The notes beneath the pieces are model-generated. The model ran no database searches, was not told where the DNA came from, and saw nothing but the letters and a program-made list of their open reading frames with translations. The translations under genes were made by a program, and so were the position numbers. From Octopus sinensis (Eukaryota), in contig NC_043005.1 in assembly GCF_006345805.1 (NCBI RefSeq), positions 868,001 to 932,000 on the forward strand: a stretch of 64,000 nt of DNA, read 5' to 3'. This document shows positions 12,435-24,977 of this stretch, in pieces (the stretch's first letter is position 1; each line of letters opens with the position of its first letter).

Positions 12435-12834
12435 AGAATACAAATGAGTTACAAAGATGTACAGGTGTCAGTTCATTACGGCTGTTTCAAGCAGCTCCTT
12501 TAATTGATTAATGAAAACATTGCATCAGTTTGAAAGGAACTGTTCTAGTCAGATGACTGCATAGACTTCAAACATATAACCATTTTTTAAAAACATATTT
12601 ACATCAATATTGGAACTCAAAGTATTTACATTGTTTCTTTTGTCATTTCTGTGACAAAAGATGTAAATATGTCATAAAAATGGTTATATCCAAATGTTTG
12701 AAATCTCTGCGGTCATCTGACAGTTTTTTTTTCTTTCAAATCAATGTAATGTTTCCTTTAATCAATCGAAGGAGCCACTTGAAATGGCCGTAATGAACTG
12801 ACACCTGTACGTCTTTGTTACTCATTTATATTCT
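12435..12834. mobile_element. Palindromic MITE
   Basis: AAATGAGTTACAAAGATGTACAGGTGTCAGTTCATTACGGC... pairs with ...GCCGTAATGAACTGACACCTGTACGTCTTTGTTACTCATTT. Confidence 0.8.
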
Positions 12835-12837
12835 CTA

Positions 12838-15800
12838 TATCATCATCATCATCGTTTAACATCCGTTTTCCATGCTGGCATGGGTTGGATGATTTGACTG
12901 AGGTCTGGAGAGCCAGTGGCTGCACCAGGCACCAATCTGATATGACAAGGTTTCTTCAGTTGGATGCCCTTCCTAATGCCAACCACTCCAAGAGTAGTGG
13001 GTGCTTTTTATGTGCTACTGGCACAGGAACCAGTCAGGAGGGCCTGGCATCGATCACGTTCGGATAGTGCTTTTTATGTGCCACCAGCATGGGTGCCAGT
13101 CAGGGGATACTGGCATCAGCCTCGTTCGGATGGTGCTTTTAATGTGCCACCAGCATGGGTGCCAGTCAAGACACTGGCATCGACCACGTTTGGATGATGC
13201 ATTTTATGTACCAGCAGAACAGGAGCCAGTCAGGGGGCTCTGGCCATAGCTATGATTTTGGTTTTGACTCAACAGGTCTTCTCAAGCATATCATGTTGCA
13301 CGACGCATTAAGGGTACTCTTAAATGGACCGGACATGCAACATTGGCATCGGCCATGGCTGCAATCTCACTTTACTTGCTGGGTCTTCTCAATCACAGCA
13401 TATCTCCAAAGCTCCCCGTCTCCTGTCATTGCCTCTGTGAAGCCCAATGTTCTAAGGTCATGCTTCACCACCTCATCCCATGCCTTCCTGGGTCTACCTC
13501 TTACACAGGTTCCTTCCACAGTTAGGCTGTGGCACATCCTCATACAGTTGTCCTCATCCATACACAACACATGACCATACCATTGCAGTCGTCTCTCTTG
13601 CACACCACATTTGATGCTTCTTATGCCCAACTTTTTTCTCAGGGCGCTTACATTTTGTTGTGTATGCACACTGACATTACACATCCAGCGAAGCATACTA
13701 GCTTCATTTCTTTCAAGCCTATGCATGTCCACAGCAGTCATGGCCCATGTTTCATTGCCATGTAGCATGGCAGTTCACACACATGCATCATACAGTCTAT
13801 CTTTCATCCTGAACTGGAGGCTCTTAGTTGCCAGCAGAGGTAAGAGCTCCCTGAACTTTGCCCAGGCTATTCTTATTCTAGCCACTACTCTCTCAGCATC
13901 CACCCCCACTATAGACTTGGTTGCCTAAGTTGTGGAAGCTATCAAATGCTTCTAGTTTTCCCCCCCTGGCATGTAGTAGAATCTGTTTTCTGTACATCTT
14001 CAGTGTTTATTGCCCCTGTGCATCTGCCATACATAAAAACTATCTTCCCGGTTAACCTTCCTTTGATATTGCTGCACCTTTTATGTGTCCATAGCATACA
14101 CTGGGTACATCATATGGAATTTCTACCCATGCCTTTTCTACAGATCGAGCAGGGCCATTTACCTGAAGGGTTTTTTGATTTGTCAGCCTTCCTACTTACT
14201 AAGACTGGTTTTTACTAGGTTAACCCTGATTTACCTCTTCCTCAGGTTCTGTCCACAATTCAATATGCGGCTGTCCTCATCCATATACATCACAATTTTC
14301 TCTCTTGCTCACTACATCCAATGACTTTTACACACAATTTATCTCTTCAAACATTTACACTTTGTCATACATGCACACAAACTTTGCACGTCCAATGGAG
14401 TATGCTCTGTTAATTTTTTTCAACCCTACACATGATCTGTGCAGCCACAGCCCAGGTTTCACTGCCATATAGTATAACTGTCCAAATAAACTCAGGCATC
14501 ATACAATCTGCTTTTCACCCTGTGGGAGAGGCTCTTTGTTACCAACAACAGTACTAACTCTCTAAACTTTGCCCAGCCTGTTCTTAAAGTAGCAACTACT
14601 GTTTTAGAGCGTCCTCCTTAATTGCTAAATTTGTTTCCTTGGTAATGGACACTATGTACTACTTCTAAGGAACATCCCAGACATTTCAGAAAGTGTATTT
14701 CCTGTACATTCTTAGAGTTTATTGTACCTGGACACCTGCCACAGACAAAGACTACTTTCTTAGTTAACTTTCCTTTGGTACTGCTGCACCTCTTGTGTGT
14801 CCATAACTTGTGCTGAGCACACTATATGGAATTTCTACATATTGAGCAGGGCTGCCGCCTTGAAGGGATTAGTGATTTATCTGTGTTCCTATTTACTAGG
14901 ACTTTAGTCTTAGCTAAATTTAAGTTTAAGGCCCTTTGATTCCAGACCTTGCTTCCACATCTGAAATTTCTTCTCTAATTATAAGAACAGGGTTATCAGT
15001 TTAGAAGAGCTCTCTAGGACATCCAGTCTTAAATTCCTCAGCTAAGGCCTGGAGGACTATGATATGCAAGAGTGGGCTGAATACCAATCCTTCATAAACT
15101 CATACCAGTATACTAAACTCATTGCCAACTTTCAGCTTACTGACGGCATCCCAGTACATGGCTTGTACTACTCTCATCAACCACTCACCTATCCCTAGCA
15201 TTTGCATTGCCCACCAGATAAGGGAGTGGAGGACCCTGTCAAAGGCGTTCTCCATGTACTGTAGTTTATTCTTCATTAGATGTTTCTTCCTAGAACAAAA
15301 CCAAACTGCATTTCATGTAGGCTAATTCTCTTCCTAGTTAGTTGAGTTATGACCCTTTCTGTAACTTTCATCACCTGGTCCAGCGATTTGAAACCTCTAT
15401 GATTATTTCTGTCAGCTTTATCTTTGTAGTAGTTGACTATAATGCTGTTACATCAGTTGTTGGATATGATTCCCTTGTGGACAAACTTATTCACTATATG
15501 AGTGAGTAGGTCTTATCCCTCTTTGCCAGATATTTTAAGCATTTCATTGGTGATACTTGATGGGCTGGGAAATTTCACTGTCTTCATATCTTTAATTGCT
15601 TTGTCTACCAAGCTACTGTTGATTCAGATAGCTAGTCCCTCTGTTTGGTCTATATGAGGTATGCATTCTGCTCACTTAGCAGTCTTTCATAGTGCACTTC
15701 CAAGCCTCTTCCTTTGCAGAATCACTAAGTGCAGGTGTATTATCATCCATGCCAACACACTTCTCTCCTACATCACAATTTTCTCTGACATACTGTCTTG

Positions 15801-15860
15801 CCATCTGAAACAACTCAAGTCTCTGCTTCTGATGCTGCAGAACACTGGCAAATTTCTTGA
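12838..15860 (-). mobile_element. Older degenerate RTE LINE fragments (at least two, with deletions)
   Basis: Remnants LHGNETWAMT..., ERRLQWYGHV and PHD-like CCKKGMGRNSI; (CAT)n tail at 12838. Confidence 0.85.
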
Positions 15861-15980
15861 TATCACTGCCAGATCTGACTGGCCTGGTGCAGCCTTCGGG
15901 CTTGCCAGACCCCAGTTGAACCGTCCAACCCATGCTAGCATGGAAAGCGGACGTTAAACGATGATGATGATGATGATGAT
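15860..15980 (+). mobile_element. RTE LINE 3' tail fragment
   Basis: CCATGCTAGCATGG palindrome and (GAT)n tail. Confidence 0.8.
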
Positions 15981-16149
15981 ATATATATATGGTACACTGT
16001 GCACCTGTTTAGGCAGCGTTGATTTGATGGAGGAAGTGAGCTAATGTATGCCACATACATTTGATCACTATAAATGAATCGTGTGCAGGCTGTTCAGCAA
16101 AAGCTGAATGATCATACACTGTTTTCAACAGGAGAGTCCATCATACACA

Positions 16150-18340
16150 CACACACACGCTATATAGCATTGCCAGGTAGCATCTGGTGAGACAGAAGTC
16201 TGTGCAGCAAGCACTCTGGAGAACTGGCGATCTCTCAGTAGCTGTATTACCTCAGAGGGCCAAGCCTATCCAGCAAGAATGTTCCATCACTTGGAGCAGG
16301 GAGAGAAATCAAAACCCTCAATAAGCAGTAAAAGGGAGCTCTTGCAAATAGAAGAGAAGGTATCAAGGATTTGACAAGTCAACTCAAGGAACTTAGAAGA
16401 GCAAAAAAAAAAAGCTCAGAAGAAGACTAAAAGGGTTCAGTATAGAAAGGACACATTTGGGTTTACCAGGACACTGCTGGGTGTGATCAGATCGAGTAGA
16501 TTCTAGCCATAGATATGTAAAAACTACCCTGGGTACCAACCCAGACATTGGTAGAGTTGAATTATCGAAAAATAAGCTTAACAGTCCATCATAGAAAAAA
16601 GTTACAAAAACAGTGAGGAAAATCAGAACAGGATCCTGCTCTTTGCCCAAGTGGTATACTGTAAAAATATATATAAAACATACGTGATGCTCCTTCAGAG
16701 ATTATGGACCAAAAGATCTGGAAAAAGAAAATCATTCCATCAAGAAGGTAGAATGTTGTTTTGTAGCAAAAGAATTCTCTCATTCATGAGTTTTGAAGGT
16801 AAAACCTTCTTTTCAATACTGGTCAAAAAGATGACTTGTATATGACTGAGAATGGATACATGAATCCCTCTATCCAGAAATCTAGAACAGTCTAGAATTC
16901 TCAGAAGATTTAGGAAGCATAAAAGCAAAGGTGAACTTGATAGTGGTCTGATGAGATTTGGTTAATACATATGGATTAATCTCTCATACAGAAAGCGCTA
17001 CACTACCACTATATCTCTTCTCACATCAAGGGAATGATCACCAGCTACTTTGGAGTCATCCAGTTGTGTTTTAGAATGTGTCACCATACAGTTTGGTAGC
17101 AAGCCTTAGTGAAAGGAATCATAACTGGTTACACAACTGGTTTCCCCATTCTTTTCATCATAGGAATGAACCTCCTCATAACAACTGCTGATAAGGATGT
17201 TTAAAGACTACAAATAGAGTTGGGCAGCCAATAACATCTAAAAAGTGAGGACCATGGATGTTCTTAAAGTGTTAACCACAGCCTATGTACAAACAAAACA
17301 TACAAACTTCACTTGAACACAGCAACATGGGTTAGAATGTAGTTTACGCTTAAGAAATCTAGAAAGTATCATGATCAGTTAGGCATGCAAGATAAAGCTG
17401 CAAGTACAAGAATCTGCTATTCCATAGGTGGAGGAAAACCTGATCAAATGCCTTGAAAAATGTTTTGATATTTCACTCACTGACTAGAACGACCTTACCA
17501 ATACTGAGAAGCAGGCAGATCAGGGCTTTCAGGAAAATTCAAAGCATGGCTCTTCCGACATAGATTACATCTGAGATTTGAGTTGGTTGACGGTATTTGA
17601 CATACAGACAAATGGAAGGAGTGGAAAAGATAAGTAACTCATAAGTGGTACCTAAAATCTGGGTTACTCTAGCTTCCCCTGCCATTTGTGGTGTAGAATA
17701 GTAATGATGAGCATGTCAGACAGGCAGGTGTCACTACAAGATCAGGATGCAAGTGGGCAACCAACAGCACAGTTGCACATGCTGAAAGTCTGCTGAAGGT
17801 ATACAGCATTTGAACAGAATGGTAAGGTCTTGGTTCTTCCTATTTCCAACAGTGATCCAGGAAGATGTATGACACCAAGATGAAGAAAGATCAAAAACTA
17901 TAGAGCAAGTATCTCAGAGAAACTGGACCAAATGAGTCTACACAAGACAAAGACCGCCTGGATTAGAACATTTGTGTAGTGTTTCTGCTGTCAGCAATGT
18001 ATGGCATGCTACCAACACCAACAAACCTGCACAGACAGGACATGAAGGATGACCAGCTGTGTGGATTATGTGGCAAGAAGGGTACTGTCGTATACATCTT
18101 GTCAGGATGTAAAACAGTGCTTATTCAAGGGAGATATTAGTGGTGCCATCATGAGCAGGTGTTTACAACACTAGCTCACACCTGATGGGTAAGAGAGACG
18201 CAAAAAGCACCAACAGCAGGAGAAAACAGCACCACCAATGAATTTTGTGAGGGAAAGAGAAAAATTCTTGATAATAGTGAAAAAAATGAGAAGTTTACAG
18301 AAGGTCCAATCATGGAATATGACAGTAGACCTGGGAGAAA
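16150..18340 (+). mobile_element. Degraded HERO/NeSL-like (restriction-like endonuclease) non-LTR retrotransposon
   Basis: Remnants resembling RKW..AES.L....GLG (about 17740-17850), CGKKGTVVYILSGCKTVLIQGRY*WCHHEQV (about 18065-18170) and WNMTVDLG (about 18312); many stops. Confidence 0.55.
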
Positions 18341-20991
18341 GTAAAAAGATCCTTTACTTTTAAAACAGATAAGGGTTAGCATCAGGAACGGCATCCACCT
18401 GCAAAACAATGCTTCAGATAACATATTTATCCAGTTCATGTGAGAATGGAAAACAATGGATGCAAAACAAATGAAGAAATGAATCCATATAAAATTGAGA
18501 AATTTAGTTTTGCACTTGTTTTTTTTTGCTGGAAGTGTAAGTACATATATATGTGAATTTCTTAATATGAAATCTAAATACTCTGTATTACCTTAATATT
18601 GATATGGAAGTAAGTATATAGAATTATTTGATTAGTTAAGAACTGGCTAAATAAATAAGCGTTTGGAGTATCGTGTCATACTGCAGGATTTTCTATCCAC
18701 TGTTCGACACACATTTGTGATATGGAAGGATTATTTACAACCGTGTGGTTTGGGGTTTGATCCCACTGTATGACAAATTAGCCTTGAGTTGACTAATACT
18801 TTGTGAAATTTAATAGCTGGAAACTCTAAAACAGGGGTGGGGGAAACGTTTTAGTGTGGCAAGCAAAAATTTACAAAGAAAAAGGGTCCATAGGTGGATC
18901 ACAAATTCTAACTCTTTATGTCTGTGTATAATTTGACAAAACATTAATAAAGATAAGTTTAACACATTAAATTAACGGATAACATCTTCATTAACACCAC
19001 CATTGAATTTAGAATGTTTATACTACTTATGAGGTATTCTATATTTTTCAAAATGTACCTATCCAAATGTTGGAGAAATCATAATCAAGCACAGACCAAA
19101 TTTGATTTTGAAAAATTACATTAATACCTAAATAACGTAAATGACATATTTAAATAAATTTATCCTTGAGATAGTTTTATCATAGCTAATTAACCTTAAC
19201 TTTAAAATTTGGTTTTGTTTAATGAGAAGAGTTGAAATTGCTTTTTTTTTTTTTTTGCTTGAAAGTTTAGGAATATCACAGGCCTTTGAGGAAAGTGATA
19301 TTCTTAGTTCATTACTCAAGTTTTCGTCAGTAAGTCTGGTACGAAGACAATTTTTTGCATAATTCAATTTGGTAAAAATCTGCTCACATTGATAAGTTGT
19401 CAAAAATTGAGATTGATGAATTCCAATAGACAGATTATCATATTTCGATTTTATTAACTTATACGATTGCAAACCAATTAATGCTAATTGTAAGGGATTT
19501 GAAGCTTCCTCAGGAGACCTCGACAGGTGTTTCAAAAACACATAGATCGATTTTGTTATCTTGTATTTCTTCTACTTTCAAATTTCTTCATGACTTCCTC
19601 ACTTGTCTGAGTATTCCTTTGTTGTTTTGGGATTTTGTTGGCTCAATTTGAAAAAATGTGTGAAACGCTTTCTTTTCAATTGTGTGACAAATAAATGAAG
19701 CAGTGATTCAAAGCTTTTGGTATGAGAAAGCAAAGAGGTTATTAGCTGATTGGAACCTTGTAGTCTCAAGTTCAAATTATTTAAATGACTAATTATCTCT
19801 CTATATAAAATTCTTCGTCTCTGTTCCCTATTCATTCTCAAATGGCTCCACAAAATCAAATCAAATTTTACAAGGTAATAACAGTGGTGTCAACATGTAA
19901 TTTTTATTTTAATTTGGATTGAAACAATATAACATTATCTAGGCATAATCTTTCTATGACGATGTCACATTTTGTGTGTGTGTGTGTGTCTGTTTGTACC
20001 TTCCTTACATACAACACAGTAAAGGGCATTTTATACCATGACGACAACCATGATGACACATCTTGTATGTGTGTGTGTGTGTGTGTGAATGTTTGCGCCT
20101 TATGTACAACATGGTGAAGGACATTTTATACCATGACGACGGCACATTTTGTATATGAGTGTGTATGTGTGTGTGTGTTTGCATGGTCGTTATGTAAATG
20201 TATGGTTGTGTGTGTTTGTCTTAGTATATGTGAGTGTGTGTGACAGTCTATGTGTGTGATTGTCAATTACACTGATGTAAACTGGCTCTGTGAAAGAGCT
20301 ATACTGGCTCCAACTAATGAAATGGTTTATTAAACTCAATCATGAACTTTTGCAAAAGTTAACATGTACATCAGAAATGACTTTTCAATCAATTGACAAT
20401 AGTTGATCAAGATCATGTTATTCAATATCCTGTTGAATTTCTGAACACACATAAACCCACTGGGATCCCATCGCATAATTTGACACGAAATCTGGATGCT
20501 CCCATTACATTGTTCAGGAATCTTGACCCACCTCGCCTGTGTAATGGAACTCAATTGTTACTTCCATGAAGCCCACATGTCCTACAGCAACAATCATAAC
20601 AGGTAGTTACAATAGAGAAAACGTCTTTATTCCAAAATTTCCTCTCACACCTACAGATGTTCCATTTCAATTTAAGAGGTTTCAGATTCCAGTCAAACTA
20701 AGTTTTGGTATTTCAATTAACAAATCTCAGGGGTCAATCCCTCACGGTAGTTGCACTTAATCTCTCTACTACATGCTTCTCCCATGGCCAACTCTATGTT
20801 GGTTGCTCACGAGTTGGAAGCAGCAACAATTTATTCATTTGGACATAAACCAAAAAAATTACACAAAGAATATTGCTTACCCTGAGGTGCTTCAAGACTG
20901 ACAGATTTTCAATCTAAATTCTATTATCATCACAAGTTGGATATTTAAAAAATAAAATATAGATATATTTAAAAAATAAAATATAGATATA

Positions 20992-23900
20992 GGTTATCGA
21001 GGTAGTCAGAGTATGTGACAGAATATTGAAGATTAGATTAGTGCTCCATCATAGTTTAGCAACTATTATATCGGCCTATGCCCCTCAGCCAGGGTTACCC
21101 GATGGACAGAAAGACCGTTTCTATGACACCCTACTGCAGACCACCTCATTGACAAACAACAGGGACCTTCTCTTTGTGGCTGGTGACTTCAATGGGCATG
21201 TTGGACGATATGCTGAGGGCTTCTATGGCGTTCATGGAGGCTATGGTTATGGTTCTCGCAATGAGGAGGGAACCAGGCTGCTGGAGTTCTGTGATGCGAA
21301 TAGTCTTATGGTTTGCAACACTAACTTCAGGAAACCAACAAGCCACTTGGTCACCTACTGTTCGGGCCAGCATACTAGCCAAATCGACTACATCCTTGCC
21401 AGAAAAAGGGAAAGATGGCTGCTTATAAATGCCAAAACCTTCCCAGGCGAAGAATGTACCCCACAACATAGAATGGTAGTCAGTGACTTTAGGATCAGGA
21501 CTAAGAGGACGACTAGAAGACGACCAACATGGAGAAGAAGGGTCTGGAAGCTTAAAGACCCTGCTAATGGACAGAGATTTAGAGACATGTTACTTGAAGC
21601 CTTCGACGAAATAGAAGGGGGCATAGCTACACATGGGGTAGAAGATAACTGGGCGCTTCTAAGGGACAACCTGCTGAAAGCCACTGACCAGATCTGTGGC
21701 TGGTGCAAAGTCCCCACAAGACCCAAAATAACGTGGTGGTGGAACAATACTGTTGACAGGGCTATTAGACAAAAGAAACAGGCTTGGAAGGACTGGAAGA
21801 ACGGTGGTAGCAGGGAAGTGTATCAGACTGCAAGAAGGGAAGCTAGGAGGCAGGTTTATTTAGCCAGAGGGGAAGCAGATAGGAAAAAATTTGCCAATGT
21901 CCTGCGCCGTGAGGATGAAAGACTTGAGGTATTTCGTATAGCAAGACAGTGTGTGAGAGAGAATTGTGATGTGGTAGGAGAAAAATGTGTTCGCACGGAT
22001 GATGGCTCACTTGCGCTAAATGAGGATGCAAAGAGAGAGGTTTGGAGAAGCCACTATGAAAGGTTGCTGAATGAGGAAAATGAATGGGATAAAGAGAGTC
22101 TGCCGAATGTTGACCCAACAGAGGGACCAGCTATCAGGGTTGATAGTTCCTTGGTAGCTAAGGCAATTAGAAGCATGAAGACAGGGAAAGCCCCAGGCCC
22201 ATCAGGTATCACTGCAGAGATGCTCAAAATATCTGGTAGTGTCGGCTATAGCCTAGTCACCTGTATAGTTAATCAGGTGATACATGAAGGAGTCATACCC
22301 TATGGCTGGTGTAGCAGCATAATAGTCAACTGCTACAAAGGTAAAGGTGATGCCCTAGATACAAATAATTACAGGGGTATCAAGCTGTTGGATCAGATGA
22401 TGAAGGTTACAGAGAGGGTCATAAGCCAACTAATTAGAGAGAGAGTTAGTTTAGATGAGATACAGTTTGGGTTCGTTCCAGGGAAAAGTACCACTGATGC
22501 TATATTCCTGGTAAGGCAGCTGCAGGAGAAATACCTAGCCAAAGATAAGCCCCTGTACCTGGCTTTTGTTGACATGGAGAAAGCCTTCAACAGGGTCCCC
22601 CGATCCCTCATCTGGTGGTCAATGAGGAAACTAGGGATAGATGAATGGTTAGTGAAAGCTGTACAAGCCATGTACAGAGACGCTGCTTGTAAAGTGAGGG
22701 TTGGCATCGAATACAGTGAAGAATTCAGGGTAGAGGTTGGGGTCCACCAAGGTTCAGTCCTCAGTCCCTTCCTATTTATCATAGTCCTCCAGGCAATAAC
22801 GGAGGAATTCAAGACAGGATGCCCCTGGGAGCTCCTCTATGCTGATGACCTTGCTCTAATTGCTGAATCTCTATCAGAACTAGAGGAGAAGTTTCAGGTA
22901 TGGAAGCAAGGTTTAGAATCGAAGGGCCTTAGAATCAACCTAGCCAAAACCAAAGTCCTAACAAGAAGGAAGGTAGACCAATCACAAACGCCTTCAGGTA
23001 GATGGCCCTGCTCGATCTGTAGAAAAGGTGTAGGTAGAAACTCTATAAGATGCACCAAGTGTAAGCTATGGACACATAAGAGGTGCAGCAATGTCAAAGG
23101 AAGGCTAACTAGGAAGATGGTTTTTGTATGTGGCAGATGCTCAGGAACAAAAAACACTGAAAATGCTCTGAGACCAACTTCCGTCACTTTCCAGGGAGAA
23201 AAACTAGAAGTAGTTGATAGTTTCCGCTACCTAGGTGACCAAGTCAGTAGCGGGGGGCGGGTGTGCTGAAAGTATAACTGCTAGAGTAAGAATAGCTTGG
23301 GCAAAGTTTAGAGAGCTCTTACCCCTGCTGGTGACAAAAGGCCTCTCGCTTAAAGTAAAAGGCAGACTGTATGATGCATGTGTACGTACAACCATGCTAC
23401 ATGGTAGTGAAACTTGGGCTGTGACTGCTGAGGATTTGCGTAAGCTCGCAAGAAATGAAGCTAGTATGCTCCGATGGATGTGTAACGTCAGTGTTCATAA
23501 TCGACAGAGTGTAAATACCTTGAGAGAAAAGTTGAACCTAAGAAGCATCAGTTGTGTGCAAGAGAGACGTTTGCGCTGGTATGGTCATGTGATGAGAATG
23601 GCTGAAGATAGCTGTGTGCGAAAGTGCCACACCCTGGCAGTTGAGGGGACCTGTGGAAGAGGTAGACCCAGGAAAACCTGGGTCGATGTGGTGAAGCACG
23701 ACCTTCGAACTCTAGGTCTCACCAAGGAAATGACCAGTGACCGAGACCTTTGGAAGTATGCTGTGCGTGAGAAAACCCGGCAAGGCCAGTGAGAACAGTC
23801 AAAATCAAAATCAAACCAATATCAGAAAGCAGAACCAAATTGAGGTTGATCAACATCAGGGCCCCCGTGCAGGTGACACGTAAAAGCACCATCCGTTTGT

Positions 23901-24294
23901 GGCTGTTTGCCAGCCCTGTCTGGCCCCCATGTCGGTGGCACGTAAAAGCACCATCCGTTCGTGTTCGTTGCAAACCTGGCCTGGCCCCCGAGCCGGTGAC
24001 ACGTAAAAGCACCATCCGTTCGTGGCCGTTTACCAGCTCTGTCTGGCCCCCGTGCTGGTGACACGTAAAAGCACCATCCGTTCGTGGCCGTTTGCCAGCT
24101 CTGTCTGGCACCTGTGCGGGTGGCATGTAAAAAGCACCCACTACACTCACGGAGTGGTTGGCGTTAGGAAGGGCATCCAGCCGTAGAAACACTGCCAGAT
24201 CTGACTGGGCCTGATGCAGCCTTCCAGCTTCACAGACCCCAGTTGAACCGTCCAACCCATGCTAGCGGACGCTAAATGATGATGATGATGATGA
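20992..24294 (+). mobile_element. Young RTE-clade LINE, 5'-truncated within the endonuclease domain
   Basis: AP endonuclease motifs (AGDFNGHVG, SQIDYIL, QHRMV), RT motifs (QGSVLSP, YADD), repeat-containing 3' UTR and (GAT)n tail. Confidence 0.95.
21026..23792 (+). pseudogene. RTE ORF2 (EN-RT-PHD-like) broken by a +1 frameshift
   Basis: ORFs 21026..23269 and 23235..23792. The G run at 23252-23257 has 6 G versus 5 G in the intact copy at about 51145; this could be a homopolymer sequencing error. Confidence 0.85.
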
Positions 24295-24977
24295 TTTTGA
24301 AACAATTATGAGAAAAAGGATGTATCTTCATATTTATTTAGTTATGTGAATAACAACAGTAACCTGGGCAACGCCGGGTAATTCAGCTAGTATCTACTAA
24401 AAATGCTAAATCACTATGAAACGTATCTTCCAGTTCTACAATAGGAACACCTTTAACATTCATAAAAAAATTTCACTTCTTCCATCAGTTCATAAAATCG
24501 CTGAAGCATTTGGGCCTTACTTAACCACCTAACTTCACAATGGTACAATTAATCCCCATGTTCAGCTTCAAGATCTTTCAAAAATTCTTTAAATTCCCTA
24601 TTATTCAACCCTTTGTTTTTATCAAATTAACAGCCTTAGTTACAACCTTCATTACATTGCCCATCTTGAGAGATTTTGCACTTAAACTTTGCATATGAAT
24701 AAAGCAATGGCACACAAAGTTTCTTAAATTTATTCTTAAGCAGAGCTATGAACCCTTTTTCACAGCCTACCATAGATGGAGCGCCATCTGTAGCAAGACC
24801 ACTCGCTTCTTTCATACGGTAAATCAAAATCCTTTAAGGCTGAGTCGACCATTTGAAATAAATCTTCACCTCTAGTTGTTCTATGCATTAATTTCAAGGC
24901 AAGAAATTCTTCCCAAATGTTGAGTTTTGCAGTTATTCCACATATAAATATTGCTATCTGGGCGGTATTAGACAGAG

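Larger units (their letters stand above)
19796..24390 (+). mobile_element. Non-autonomous Helitron with PIF1-helicase remnant, interrupted by an RTE LINE
   Basis: 5' TCTCTCTATATAAA; 3' hairpin CCTGGGCAACGCCGGG then CTAG at 24387-24390; inserted at A|T without TSD. Helicase motifs YPVEFLN, RNLDPPRLCNGT, FIPKFP, INKSQG and FSHGQLYVGCSRVG at about 20400-20830. Confidence 0.9.

Noticed and set aside
19599-19859. 86-aa ORF as a real protein
   Set aside because: It is chimeric: the N-terminal part is antisense Helitron 5' end and the rest is hAT transposase.
21026-23792. Retrotransposition-competent LINE or programmed frameshift
   Set aside because: The copy is 5'-truncated in the endonuclease, and the sister copy lacks the extra G, so it is a mutation or sequencing error.
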